From the IMG/VR virus record IMGVR_UViG_3300038443_001578, positions 19,804-83,803 of that record: a stretch of DNA of 64,000 bases. One strand, 5' to 3'. Under the pieces are notes generated by a model that did not search any database, was not told the origin of the DNA, and was given only the letters and a program-made list of their open reading frames with translations. The position numbers were made by a program, and so were the translations under genes. Of the stretch, positions 54,040 through 63,326 are shown one piece after another. Every line of letters begins with the position of its first letter. Positions within the stretch are counted from its first letter, which is position 1. Source of the DNA: a virus.

Positions 54040-54729
54040 ATGGTCACCCCATTCAATGAAACGACGTTCGAAGAGACGGTTACGGTCGAGCGAAACTTCC
54101 TGCCGGAAGCAGGACCGTCGGCGCATGCGCGTTTCCTCGATATGCTCCACAACCCCGGTGAGACGTGGATCTTCGCATTCACGCTCAACGATCCAGACCT
54201 GCTCGACGAGATCGACAAGGCGGATGCGAACGGCGTCGTCGGACACCTCCTCATCGATCATACACAGTTCACTACGCCGGGCGAGCATCAGCTTCTATTG
54301 ACGCATCTGGCGCGGTGGAAGCACTGGGACGTCACGATCACGACGGCCGGTATCGGCTCCTCGCAAAAGTCACAGATATGGCATTACAAGGTCGCTGTCG
54401 TCGACGATGTCGAAGGCGGCGAGCCGCTTTGCATGGAAGGGAGCTGCAATCTGTCGGGCGCGAAGACCGGATGGGCGGAAGGCAACTTGGTCAGCTTCTT
54501 CCGGTCTGCGAAGTTCGCCGGTGCGGTCGTTGCCGAATATCTCAAGCACCGCGATTGGGCACGTGAGAACGAAGCCCGTTACCAGGTGCAGCCGGACGTT
54601 TCGACCAAGCCGCCAACGTCCGTCATGGATGCCCTGGCCACCGCCGGCGATCACGGCGCGATCGCGACACCGAAGGCGGTGGCAGCGGCACGCTGCCCGA
54701 CCGGTACGACGCTGGCGACGGGCATTTGA
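54040..54729 (+). CDS. Phospholipase D/Nuc-family protein (single HKD motif)
   Basis: HYKVAVVD...EGSCNLS...EGN; AFTLND..L. Confidence 0.8.
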   Translation: MVTPFNETTFEETVTVERNFLPEAGPSAHARFLDMLHNPGETWIFAFTLNDPDLLDEIDKADANGVVGHLLIDHTQFTTPGEHQLLLTHLARWKHWDVTITTAGIGSSQKSQIWHYKVAVVDDVEGGEPLCMEGSCNLSGAKTGWAEGNLVSFFRSAKFAGAVVAEYLKHRDWARENEARYQVQPDVSTKPPTSVMDALATAGDHGAIATPKAVAAARCPTGTTLATGI

Positions 54730-54929
54730 TCGGTTGCCGTGTCGACCACTGGAGCGGCATCGTGCAGGCGCTCGTGTGGCTGCCTGACGACCGGTGCATC
54801 GACATTAAAGTCTGGCCGGGGCAGTACGTGCGCGAGGACATCCGCGCGGCACTCGGGCACGAGTGCATCAGACGGAAGGATCTGGCGTTGTATCCGTTTC
54901 CGAAGATTGATAGCGTGTTCAGGGATTAG
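54726..54929 (+). CDS. Small hypothetical protein
   Basis: TTGA overlap with the PLD stop. Confidence 0.4.
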   Translation: MIGCRVDHWSGIVQALVWLPDDRCIDIKVWPGQYVREDIRAALGHECIRRKDLALYPFPKIDSVFRD

Positions 54930-55378
54930 TCCTCGCCAGGTTCGATTGAAACGTCTGGTATGTCGGCATCCTCGGCTATGGCTGCGTCTGCCTCATCAGG
55001 CGAAAAGCCGCCTTGCTCGATCAGCATTTCACGCACCGATGCCTTACTGCGTCCGGCGCTGTACATACGCCGACGCCAATGTCGTTCGCAAACGAAATAC
55101 CGAGCCTCATGAGCATCGAAAAAGGTTGACGCCGCCTCCACGTTTCCGATTAGCCCATTCATGTGAGTGTAGATGTGTGCGCAGTCAGAGCAAGGTGGTC
55201 GGAAGCCTTTCGGCCAATCCCAGGGTTCATCATCAGGTTCGGGCAAAGGTCCGTGATTGGCCGCCCAATATTCGCGCAATTCCAATTCCCGCTGACGCCA
55301 CTGTTTTATCCGCTTATCGAAATTCGCGAAGATATCGTCGCTCTCCGTCGTTGCCTGCTGCTTCGGTGGTCGGTCCAC
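54926..55378 (-). CDS. Hypothetical protein with Cys/His cluster
   Basis: GGAGG RBS; CSDC...CERH. Confidence 0.6.
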   Translation of the reverse strand: MDRPPKQQATTESDDIFANFDKRIKQWRQRELELREYWAANHGPLPEPDDEPWDWPKGFRPPCSDCAHIYTHMNGLIGNVEAASTFFDAHEARYFVCERHWRRRMYSAGRSKASVREMLIEQGGFSPDEADAAIAEDADIPDVSIEPGED

Positions 55379-55629
55379 TTAACTCGCCTCCAAACATAGC
55401 GCTTCGTCGTGTGCCCGTGGACCTCGCGCGCGAACTCGGCCCACCGGTGCGATGGGCCGACGTGGCTCGGGTTATCGAGATCATTCGCCGGCGCTGGGTC
55501 AAGATACGGCACCCGCACAACATCGCGGTCGATCGGTACATCCGCGAACGCCCAATCGGGCGCATAGGCGTCAATGGGCACACTTGCAGGGCCGAAGGTT
55601 TGACCGCTTGACTGTTCGTCGCTTCTCAC
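55306..55629 (-). CDS. Hypothetical protein
   Basis: GGAGG RBS before GTG at 55629. Confidence 0.45.
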   Translation of the reverse strand: MRSDEQSSGQTFGPASVPIDAYAPDWAFADVPIDRDVVRVPYLDPAPANDLDNPSHVGPSHRWAEFAREVHGHTTKRYVWRRVKWTDHRSSRQRRRATISSRISISG

Positions 55630-55657
55630 TCGTTTCCTCCAAAGGAGATTAATTCCC

Positions 55658-56326
55658 ATGTCTACGCCAATGCCCCTTCCCGCAGGCGTGCCGGCCACGG
55701 CCGTACGCGTGATCGATCTCTTCCATAGTGACCAGCCTGATTTTCACGGCTTCGTCGCCGCCGGCGTCAAGGCTGCCTATCTCAAGGCGACGCAGGGCGA
55801 TTCCGAGGTCGATCCGCGGTTCCACGATTTCTACACTCGCGCGAAGAGTGTCGGCCTGCTTGTAGGCGCGTACCACTTCTTCAAGCCATCCAGCGACCCG
55901 ACCGCGCAGATGAAGCACTTCCTCGCCGTAGCCAAGCCCGTCGCCGGTGATCTCATTCCGTGCATCGACAGCGAGACGGACGGCACTAATGTTGGCGCTC
56001 GCACGTGGTCGGCTGCACAGTTCCTGCACAAGGCGCTGAAGACGTGGCCGGTCATCTACAGCGGCGATTCGTTCTTCCAAGACCATCTGGTTTCGTTCTT
56101 CGGGCTCGGCACCTCGCCTCGCTGGATCGCGCGATATGGGCACAAGCCGGTCACTCAAGGCGTCGACCTCTGGCAGTTCTCCGAGAGCGTTCGTGTCGCA
56201 CCGGACCCAACTCCGCTCGACGCCGACGTGTACCTGGGCGACGGGATCGATGCGTTCAAGGCAAAGTTTCTGCTATTACGTCGAGGAGGAACATGGGCGG
56301 GCTGCGATACGGCGAGAGGACGTTGA
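55658..56326 (+). CDS. GH25 muramidase (endolysin)
   Basis: ID.., YLKATQG, VGAYHFF, IDSE, WIARY, LWQFS, LDAD. Confidence 0.9.
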   Translation: MSTPMPLPAGVPATAVRVIDLFHSDQPDFHGFVAAGVKAAYLKATQGDSEVDPRFHDFYTRAKSVGLLVGAYHFFKPSSDPTAQMKHFLAVAKPVAGDLIPCIDSETDGTNVGARTWSAAQFLHKALKTWPVIYSGDSFFQDHLVSFFGLGTSPRWIARYGHKPVTQGVDLWQFSESVRVAPDPTPLDADVYLGDGIDAFKAKFLLLRRGGTWAGCDTARGR

Positions 56327-56384
56327 TCCGTACCAGCCTACGTGACACGGGCCGGCGTCGGGGGTGACGCCGACTGCCACTACT

Positions 56385-56510
56385 TCAGTCGTCGTCTTCG
56401 CAATCCTCAACAGTAACGATGCCGGTCCCGTTGCACGCGTAGCACCGCATTAGGTCGTCACACGCGATACTCTCCCCGCAACAAGCAGGACAGATGTCAA
56501 TGTACGCCAT
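56385..56510 (-). CDS. 41-aa DnaJ-type zinc-finger peptide (absent from ORF track)
   Basis: MAYIDICPACCGE...CYACNGTG; directly follows the HAD gene stop. Confidence 0.55.
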   Translation of the reverse strand: MAYIDICPACCGESIACDDLMRCYACNGTGIVTVEDCEDDD

Positions 56511-56512
56511 TA

Positions 56513-57022
56513 TTATTCTCCTGCTGGCTCCATGTTCAGCATCTTAACCACCGCTACTACATGGCAATCCAATAATCCGCCACATTCCCAGTTCGTCTTG
56601 ACCAACTCCGGCCAGTGCTCCATATCGTGCCGCTCATCGTCGATGACGGCGAAGCGCTCAATGTCCGGGCGCCGGTCAAGCCAAGCGCGTATCTCGATAC
56701 CGCGGATCGCATGCGGCAGACACGGCGTGCAGCCGATTACGATGCGCTGAGAGTTTCGAAGTCCCCGGACGGCCAGGTATCTGCGCAGATGCGTCACGCC
56801 GCCGTTCCGGTACCGTTTGCCACTCCATCGCCAGGCTGACGAGACGACGATACGAGCGCCGGTCGCATCGACGATGCGCTGCAGCCGCTCGACACATGCC
56901 GGGTCTATGTTCCGCAGGCTGTTGCCGTGGAGTTCGTGCCCAATCATCGAGGCGCGTTCCGGCGACTTCCACCATTCGAGCGAGTTGAGTACGCCGTCGA
57001 AGTCGAGGAAGATGATTTTCAT
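56513..57022 (-). CDS. HAD-domain protein (Swiss-Army-Knife RNA-repair-like HAD), copy 2
   Basis: IIFLDFDGVLN, IVVSSAWR, RG.EI..WL, FAVIDD. Confidence 0.85.
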   Translation of the reverse strand: MKIIFLDFDGVLNSLEWWKSPERASMIGHELHGNSLRNIDPACVERLQRIVDATGARIVVSSAWRWSGKRYRNGGVTHLRRYLAVRGLRNSQRIVIGCTPCLPHAIRGIEIRAWLDRRPDIERFAVIDDERHDMEHWPELVKTNWECGGLLDCHVVAVVKMLNMEPAGE

Positions 57023-57342
57023 CGCCGTTTCGCCTTCTCCTTCCCCCACATCTCAGGATTCGCGGCTCTTAACTGGTCGCGCGAAACGCCGATTACGACC
57101 ATGTTGCCGGGCGGGTACAACTGCGGGTCGCGAATGTCCTCGAAGTCGCAGTTGTCGAAAGTCCACTCAAGACCATCCTCGAACAAGACGTGGATCGCCT
57201 TGACGTTCCCGTACCTGTACTTTTTGCGGACGGAGAGTATCAGCCCCTTCAGCCCTTTGGGCTTTGTGACGATGCCGGTCGGGTAGCCGATGCGCATTTT
57301 GTACCCAAGCTCTACGAACGTTCCGCGTTTGTATGGATACAC
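57019..57342 (-). CDS. Hypothetical protein
   Basis: Coupled ORF in the leftward operon. Confidence 0.55.
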   Translation of the reverse strand: MYPYKRGTFVELGYKMRIGYPTGIVTKPKGLKGLILSVRKKYRYGNVKAIHVLFEDGLEWTFDNCDFEDIRDPQLYPPGNMVVIGVSRDQLRAANPEMWGKEKAKRR

Positions 57343-57633
57343 CTACTTCCCCTCCCTCAGCCCTGCCGATCGCTGCCGCTGAAACTCTCGATAATCGTCG
57401 AAGGTATCAGTCTGAGCCTCTATCAGCGCTTTCCCAGCAATCATGTAGTCCGGTTCGGCAAAATCGGGATTGTACCTCTGCCAATGCGCGCTTCCAGGCG
57501 GCGAATACTCGTTGTGCCTACTAGGTAGATCGTATATTGGTTGCCAGAGTTCGCCGTCGTACCGCACTGGCTGCATCTCTTTATACTCTGCCCACTGCTC
57601 CCACTCAACGGCATCTTGCTGTGTAGTTTTCAC
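57343..57633 (-). CDS. Hypothetical protein
   Basis: GAGGGG RBS; coupled ORF. Confidence 0.55.
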   Translation of the reverse strand: MKTTQQDAVEWEQWAEYKEMQPVRYDGELWQPIYDLPSRHNEYSPPGSAHWQRYNPDFAEPDYMIAGKALIEAQTDTFDDYREFQRQRSAGLREGK

Positions 57634-57839
57634 GATTTCCCCTCCCTCAACTCCTCGGCCTTCTCCCGAACACTCTCCCTGACCCATTCGGGTGCACGCG
57701 ACGCGCTCTCAATGCGACGCCAAATGTCGCCATGCGGGCTCGGAATGTCGCCGCCGAGGTCCGCAACCAAGTCGTCAACATCGCGCATTACACTTTTCAC
57801 GATGTTACGAACGCGTTCCTCAGTGTCCAAATCAACCAT
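57630..57839 (-). CDS. Hypothetical protein
   Basis: AAGGAG RBS. Confidence 0.55.
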   Translation of the reverse strand: MVDLDTEERVRNIVKSVMRDVDDLVADLGGDIPSPHGDIWRRIESASRAPEWVRESVREKAEELREGKS

Positions 57840-58269
57840 TCTCCTTCTCCTTCCGCGCCACCCGCTCACGCGCGGCGGCGATGGTCGACTCCCATCGTTC
57901 TAAGTCAATCAGGATGTCATGCGCTTCAAGTTTGCCCAACTGCGCAAGATGGTCAACCACCTGCGTGCATCTGTCGGCAAGCGCCACCAGTGCCCGGTCT
58001 GCCGCGTCCCGTTCCGCCTCAGCGCGTTCGGCCCGCGCGACCTGGGCGGCGACGGCATCGCGGATGGCGTTCACATCGCCCAAGTTGTGAACCTGTTCCA
58101 TGATCGCCGCAACCGCGTCGCCCCTCGCCGTCGCGTCGATGGCGTCGAGGCGGGCGTTCGCGGCACGGAGTTCACGAATGAGACGTCTCCGTATATCGTC
58201 ACAACCAGGATGACTCTCCATCTTGTCCAGTTCCGCCGCCGTCAAGGGCGGTTGAGTGTTATCGGTCAT
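57832..58269 (-). CDS. Coiled-coil hypothetical protein (Ead/Ea22-like)
   Basis: LTAAEL..., helical heptads. Confidence 0.5.
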   Translation of the reverse strand: MTDNTQPPLTAAELDKMESHPGCDDIRRRLIRELRAANARLDAIDATARGDAVAAIMEQVHNLGDVNAIRDAVAAQVARAERAEAERDAADRALVALADRCTQVVDHLAQLGKLEAHDILIDLERWESTIAAARERVARKEKENG

Positions 58270-58272
58270 CGG

Positions 58273-58518
58273 TTAAAAACCCCCACTGTCTTTGTATGTT
58301 CCGTGGTGACCAATCGTCACGCACTCGTTATCGAACTCGGGATCGTTAGCCTGAAGCGAGGGTATATTTGAATTAGGGGAAGACAACGCTTCTTTAATGT
58401 ATCCAGCGTCAAATGCGAGTAGGTTATTGCCCATACCTAAGAACGCTAATTTAGCGGATCTGCACTTCTTGAATGCATTCTCAAGTTCTTTGATCGCGGC
58501 TAATTGTTTCGTGGTCAC
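58273..58518 (-). CDS. Hypothetical protein (lower GC)
   Basis: AAGGAG RBS. Confidence 0.6.
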   Translation of the reverse strand: MTTKQLAAIKELENAFKKCRSAKLAFLGMGNNLLAFDAGYIKEALSSPNSNIPSLQANDPEFDNECVTIGHHGTYKDSGGF

Positions 58519-58561
58519 GTAGTCTCCTTCGCGCGTGTCCGCCGCGCCCCGGCGTGGGCGG

Positions 58562-59044
58562 TTAGGCCGGTTCCGCGCTCGCGTCGAGGTCGGCGGGAGG
58601 CTCCTTCGCTATTAGTCCGTCGACGACTTCATTCACCCAGTCAGGATTGTCAACAGCCTTGCGCCAACCTATGACCTGCTTCGGTTCGAAAGTGCTCCCG
58701 CTATCGGCGTAAAACAGACCAGCTTCGAAATCGCCGTACCACCGAATACAGGTGTTCTCGATTATGAGCCCGTCGCATATGTCCAGCGTGAGGAAGTCGA
58801 TGTGCTCGAAAGTTCCCGGCAGCGTTTCCGCCGTCCACCCGCCCGACGGACGCCGACGCCACGGCGAAGCTGACTCGGCGAGGGCTTCGAGGGCTTCGAG
58901 CGCTTCGCGTGCTTCGAGCGCATTCGCTGCATCAAGCAATGCGCGTGCGGCTCGCGTGCGGATCTCGCGAAAGGCCGTCGGCCAATGCACGGGCGGATTA
59001 TCGCAGAGATCGATGATTTCCCTGAGAAGTGATTCGTTTGACAT
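58562..59044 (-). CDS. Hypothetical protein (DUF551-like C-terminus)
   Basis: W......P...; V.GWR motif. Confidence 0.5.
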   Translation of the reverse strand: MSNESLLREIIDLCDNPPVHWPTAFREIRTRAARALLDAANALEAREALEALEALAESASPWRRRPSGGWTAETLPGTFEHIDFLTLDICDGLIIENTCIRWYGDFEAGLFYADSGSTFEPKQVIGWRKAVDNPDWVNEVVDGLIAKEPPADLDASAEPA

Positions 59045-59247
59045 CAGGCACCTTTCTTAACTTTCACGCACTCCCTGTGCTCTTCGAAGAAGGCTATGTA
59101 GCCGGCGAAGCTGTTGCCGACCTTCTCTAAGACCGCCGACTCACCGCATCCCCAGCAGAGGAGCTTCAGCCTTGGGCCGATCGGCTCCTCACTGATCCAG
59201 TCCCAGGAGGAGAGCCCGAATTGTACTTCGACAGTTCTGTCCTTCAT
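59044..59247 (-). CDS. Small zinc-binding protein
   Basis: CWGCG...F...H..C; GGAGG RBS. Confidence 0.6.
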   Translation of the reverse strand: MKDRTVEVQFGLSSWDWISEEPIGPRLKLLCWGCGESAVLEKVGNSFAGYIAFFEEHRECVKVKKGA

Positions 59248-59711
59248 CGTTCCTCCTCCGAATTCAGAGGCAAAGGTAAAAGGAATTGCTTTACGTTCCC
59301 GCGGCGCCCGTAATGGAACGGCAGCGTTTCGTCAGCATTCGGCTCTTCGCCGGTCCATCCTTGTGGCCAGGTATTGGCGTCGATGAGTTCCACAATTCGC
59401 GTATGCTCTTCCTGATTGATCAGGGAGACGTAGGGCTTGTCGCCGCGGGACGCATTGACAGCAGCCTCGATCCGTGTAACCTCGGACAACGCCCACCGTC
59501 GAGCCTCTAATGTCAGCGGTCCCATGCGTTGTGGATTAGAAGATAAGGTTCCGTCTCGCTTCCTCTCCTCAATATGCCGCTTCCGATTCTTCGGAAGTTT
59601 CATTTGGGCATAGAGCGGGCGTAGCTCAAGCAATGGTCGAAGGTACGACCACTCAGGGTAGAGCCTTAGTAGACGTTTTAAGGTGTGATCGTCGCTCGCT
59701 AAATTACAAGG
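59244..59711 (-). pseudogene. C-terminal fragment of a phage PAPS-reductase/DndC-like protein
   Basis: CNLAS.D, W.YL.PLLEL, RMGPLTLEAR, LI..EE..RI.ELI...TWP; no N-terminal catalytic domain or convincing start. Confidence 0.55.
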
Positions 59712-60433
59712 TGGTGGGTAACCTCCGGCCAAATCGGGCGCCGTCCGTCCTTACGCATCTGGATAAACAGCCTCTTGCGCGTCGTGGCATCTCCGAAGTC
59801 GGCCGCGCATAGCACCCGCTCACTGATCGTGTAGCCGAGGTCTTTGAATGTCCGAAGCCAGCTTCGATAAAACTTGCCCTTCTTTTCCGGTATGGGCTTC
59901 ATGTAGTGGCATTCCTTGGGGTGCTTGTCGGGGGCGACCTCGATGCCAAGCCCACAGATACAGTCCGTGTACAGCGGCCCCCAATCTCGGAATTCCACGA
60001 CGTTCTCGATCATGATGTTTTTGATGTCGAGGGCTTCCGCCCATCGCACCACGCACCACGCAGTAGCCCGACTCTGATCGTTCTTCGGGCGGCCGCCGGC
60101 GGCGTAGCTATGGTTCGTGCATTCCGGAGAAGCCCAGAGGAACAGCAGATGCCGAGACGGCACAATCTGCCGCGGGTCGACCGTGTCAAGGTTCTCCCGG
60201 TGATGCTTGTAGCCGGGGTGATTGGCCGAATGCGTCTTGATGGCGACGTCCCAGTGGTTGACCGCGACCATGTTGAGATCGATCTCGACACCCAGTTCCT
60301 GGCCAATCTCTTCCCAGGCTTCCTTGGCGCCTTCAGTCCCGCCGCCACATCCGCAGAAGAGGTCACCGCCGACAGCAAAGAACCGCTCGGCTTTTGCTGC
60401 GCGTTTAGATTGTTTCGGGGCTGCGGTGATCAT
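59699..60433 (-). pseudogene. dcm: N-terminal half of a C5 cytosine DNA methyltransferase
   Basis: DLFCGCGG (I), ASPECTNHS (IV), IENVVEF (VI), TTRKRLF (VIII); stops before TRD and motifs IX-X. Confidence 0.75.
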
Positions 60434-61140
60434 ACGACTCCCCTTGCCGCGTCTGCCTGGGTCGGGTGGCTGTGGCCGAAATTGTAGGTCTCCCGCATCC
60501 ACTCACGGGCAATATCCTCCGGGAGCCGATCGGCATCGGCCCGCGTCGACGCAAGGCAGATGGGCTCGGTCGTGACCTTGGTCAATTCCATGCCGATCTC
60601 AAGGAATCTGAAGGCTTTCAGTATCTCGATAGCTTCCTCGCCGGTCAATTCGCTGCGATCGTCAGAGTAAATATCGAAAACCGGTAAGCCCTTGACCCCA
60701 TACCAAACTCCGACGGAGTACTTCCGCGGGTCGAGGCGGATCTGCAGGTGATTCAGGGCGGCGAAGGCGGTGCACTTGTCACACCAGCGGTCGACATATC
60801 TTGGGGCGTCGGCGTAAAGGGCGACGTTATCAAGACACCGTCGGACTCGTACGGAACCTCCCGGCTTGGTACATCGGTTGCCGGCTATTACAGCCAGGGC
60901 GGCGCGGAGTAGGTCCGCTTCGGCCAGCAGATCGGTGACATCCTGCCGTGCGTGGGCGATAAAGGCGGCGTTCGGTTCACAGTGGCTTTGATTGCCAGCG
61001 ATGTTCGTGACCGCGATCCAGTGTTCATCGTTCCGAACAATGGATTGATACGGCATCCAACTAGACCATTCCGTATGCCATGGGCCGGCGGAAGTCGCTT
61101 CGATGCGCGCCCTGATTTCCTTCAATCTGATCTCGTTCAT
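60430..61140 (-). CDS. Ead/Ea22-like protein
   Basis: RLKEIRAR..AT..GPW...NAAFIAHARQDV..LLAE. Confidence 0.65.
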   Translation of the reverse strand: MNEIRLKEIRARIEATSAGPWHTEWSSWMPYQSIVRNDEHWIAVTNIAGNQSHCEPNAAFIAHARQDVTDLLAEADLLRAALAVIAGNRCTKPGGSVRVRRCLDNVALYADAPRYVDRWCDKCTAFAALNHLQIRLDPRKYSVGVWYGVKGLPVFDIYSDDRSELTGEEAIEILKAFRFLEIGMELTKVTTEPICLASTRADADRLPEDIAREWMRETYNFGHSHPTQADAARGVV

Positions 61141-61682
61141 TCCGCCGATTCTCCTTTCCGAATTCGCCGGTCGATCTCGGCAGCGATTAGCGCACCGGCT
61201 TTGATGAGCATTCTGATCGGCGATGTTGGTTTCCACCAGCTGAGTGACCACGGCCAATAGCGCGGTACCCGAGAACCCTGGGAGCTCGCCAATGTATAGG
61301 CGACCGCCGCTGCGGCAAGCTCGCCTCCTGTGTGGCCATCGTCATGCTCCGGTGTCCAGCCTTCACGTTCTTTATGGCCTCTCCGCTCCAGCGCAATCAT
61401 GGAGACCCCTGGTCCCCAGCCTTCATAGACGTGCTCCACGATCTCCAGAAGGTCGCGAATGTCCTCCCTGGCATGTGCGATGAACGCTCGGTCGGCTTCG
61501 GACATGATAGTCTCGCCGATCAGCGGATGCCCATACCACTCGCGGGTATCGGTGCTGGTCCCTGGGTTCCATTCAGGATTCGGGGCCACGACAGTATCCG
61601 TGTGCTCGATACCTTGTATCCACGGGCCTATCGTCGCGGCCGCTTCTCTCGATCTAATTTCCTTCAATCGTTCGGGTGACAT
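61137..61682 (-). CDS. Ead/Ea22-like protein fused to a conserved phage domain
   Basis: RLKEIRSR..AAT.GPW...FIAHAREDI; ERR....EGWTPEHDD.H..GELA.AA..Y...WPW...WWKP...KAGALIAAEIDR. Confidence 0.7.
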   Translation of the reverse strand: MSPERLKEIRSREAAATIGPWIQGIEHTDTVVAPNPEWNPGTSTDTREWYGHPLIGETIMSEADRAFIAHAREDIRDLLEIVEHVYEGWGPGVSMIALERRGHKEREGWTPEHDDGHTGGELAAAAVAYTLASSQGSRVPRYWPWSLSWWKPTSPIRMLIKAGALIAAEIDRRIRKGESAE

Positions 61683-61896
61683 TCGACTCTCCTTCGACAA
61701 TTCGTAAAAGATCCCAGGCGGTTTTCTCGCCTAGGAAATAGACGGCCTCGACTCGCGTGGCCTCGCCGGCATCTTCGTCGGTCAAGGCGCAGAGGAGAGA
61801 GACGATACATCCGCGCTCCCGTTCGTCCCGCGTGCGGATCTTCGATAGCTGCTTGGCGACGCTGATGGGATGACCGGCGAATCGACGGGTGATCAT
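61654..61896 (-). CDS. Hypothetical protein
   Basis: ORF in the leftward operon. Confidence 0.45.
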   Translation of the reverse strand: MITRRFAGHPISVAKQLSKIRTRDERERGCIVSLLCALTDEDAGEATRVEAVYFLGEKTAWDLLRIVEGESNVTRTIEGN

Positions 61897-61906
61897 GGAA
61901 GCGATC

Positions 61907-62743
61907 CTAATCTGGCTTGCCTACGTAGTACGCGCAGGCGTCGTCCGGGTTCGGCTTGTACTTCAGCAATTCGGCCGCTTTGGTGAGGTACGTGCGCACA
62001 GATGTAAGGCTGAGCCCGTCGTCACACATTAGTTGGGATTCGGCGTCGAATGAAAGCAAGGGGAACTGTTCGAGAAGCGGCGCAAGGAGGCCGACTGTGC
62101 GCGGACCTAGTCCGCCGGCGATGCCGATGCCGAGATTCGGGAATCGTATGCTCAGGGCGATGATGAGAGCCTTGGCCCGGAATGGGTCGAATAGCACACC
62201 CTCACCACCGGAAGCATCTATGAGCACATGGTTTATAAGATCGGCCCATCCGTCGAACCGTCGGGCGACAGAAATCGGTTCTTCGTCCTCAACATCCCTC
62301 TTGGGCAATTGCTGAATGATGATGTCGTCCGGAAAGCATGTCCGATAATTTTTGATAATCCACGACGAGAGCAGACCGCCGTTTATCTGGATGCCGCGGC
62401 AATGAGCGCCCCCATACAGGCGTATCCGAACGAGATCACGAAGAACGTCTTTCGATTCACGGTCGTGCTGCTTCAAACCGCAGACATGCAGAATCGGCAG
62501 CGCGCGTTCGTCCAGTGCGGCGATATTGCAGAGGCGACCGATCGTATCGACGTCGGGATATCGCTCAGGATAGGGGGCATACGAAGGATTGAACTCCATC
62601 GTCTTGCGGCTGATCAGCACACCGACCATGAGCATTCGGTCGACATTCCAAGCATAAGGAAGCGATTCGAAGTGCGAACAGGCCTTAACCAGTCTAAAAT
62701 CGTCGGTGAAGCCAGTAATTCCGATATAGGGGCGATTTTCCAT
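61907..62743 (-). CDS. Phosphoribosylanthranilate-isomerase-like (TrpF-like) TIM-barrel protein
   Basis: IGITG, GIQIN, LIDASGGEG, GIAGGLGP, FDAES. Confidence 0.65.
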   Translation of the reverse strand: MENRPYIGITGFTDDFRLVKACSHFESLPYAWNVDRMLMVGVLISRKTMEFNPSYAPYPERYPDVDTIGRLCNIAALDERALPILHVCGLKQHDRESKDVLRDLVRIRLYGGAHCRGIQINGGLLSSWIIKNYRTCFPDDIIIQQLPKRDVEDEEPISVARRFDGWADLINHVLIDASGGEGVLFDPFRAKALIIALSIRFPNLGIGIAGGLGPRTVGLLAPLLEQFPLLSFDAESQLMCDDGLSLTSVRTYLTKAAELLKYKPNPDDACAYYVGKPD

Positions 62744-62745
62744 TT

Positions 62746-62946
62746 TTAGTCCTTTGCTTTCCGCAGAAAGTCGCAGCGCGGATTGCTGCATAGATCGTGT
62801 CGCACATAGCCTCGGCCGCCAATATGCAGAAGCTCAAGCCTCAAACTAGAACCGCACATTGGGCATGCGTTCGGCGAATGGTTCGGTACCAAGAGAGGCG
62901 GCTTCCGGATCTCTTCGTCCGACGGGTAAGGTCGCGTGTCAGCCAT
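62746..62946 (-). CDS. Small zinc-ribbon protein
   Basis: CPMCG...CSNPRCDF; GGAGG RBS. Confidence 0.6.
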   Translation of the reverse strand: MADTRPYPSDEEIRKPPLLVPNHSPNACPMCGSSLRLELLHIGGRGYVRHDLCSNPRCDFLRKAKD

Positions 62947-63319
62947 CCAACTCCTCCAGACCTGGCGCATCGGCCAGCGTCAGCGGGATATCGTCGGCCT
63001 CGGTCGCCGTGACTACGATCGGGCGAGACTTGGCAATCTGTTGCACGAACGCATCACGGGCCTCAGCGGCCGTTTCCCCGGGATGAATAGGCCGGTAGGC
63101 GCGCGGCTGCCCGCTCATCGTCTGATCGTCGCGTGCGACGATGCATCGGCGCCCTTCATAGACCTCCTCAACCAAGATCGCGTCGGTCATGCGTGTCGGC
63201 CCGTCTGCGAGCATTTTGGCGATTGCGGAAGAGAGCGAGCCTCCGGCAGGTTTTCGATTCTTGGGCACGATATGCTCCATTATTTTCATGTGCGCGTTGC
63301 CTGAATGCGCGCCCCTCAT
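62939..63319 (-). CDS. Hypothetical protein
   Basis: Coupled ORF in the leftward operon. Confidence 0.5.
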   Translation of the reverse strand: MRGAHSGNAHMKIMEHIVPKNRKPAGGSLSSAIAKMLADGPTRMTDAILVEEVYEGRRCIVARDDQTMSGQPRAYRPIHPGETAAEARDAFVQQIAKSRPIVVTATEADDIPLTLADAPGLEELDG

Positions 63320-63326
63320 TACCGCG

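Noticed and set aside
58878-58930. 9-nt repeat (GGGCTTCGA-like)
   Set aside because: Encodes LEALEALEA in a helical region of ORF 58562-59044; ordinary coding microrepeat.
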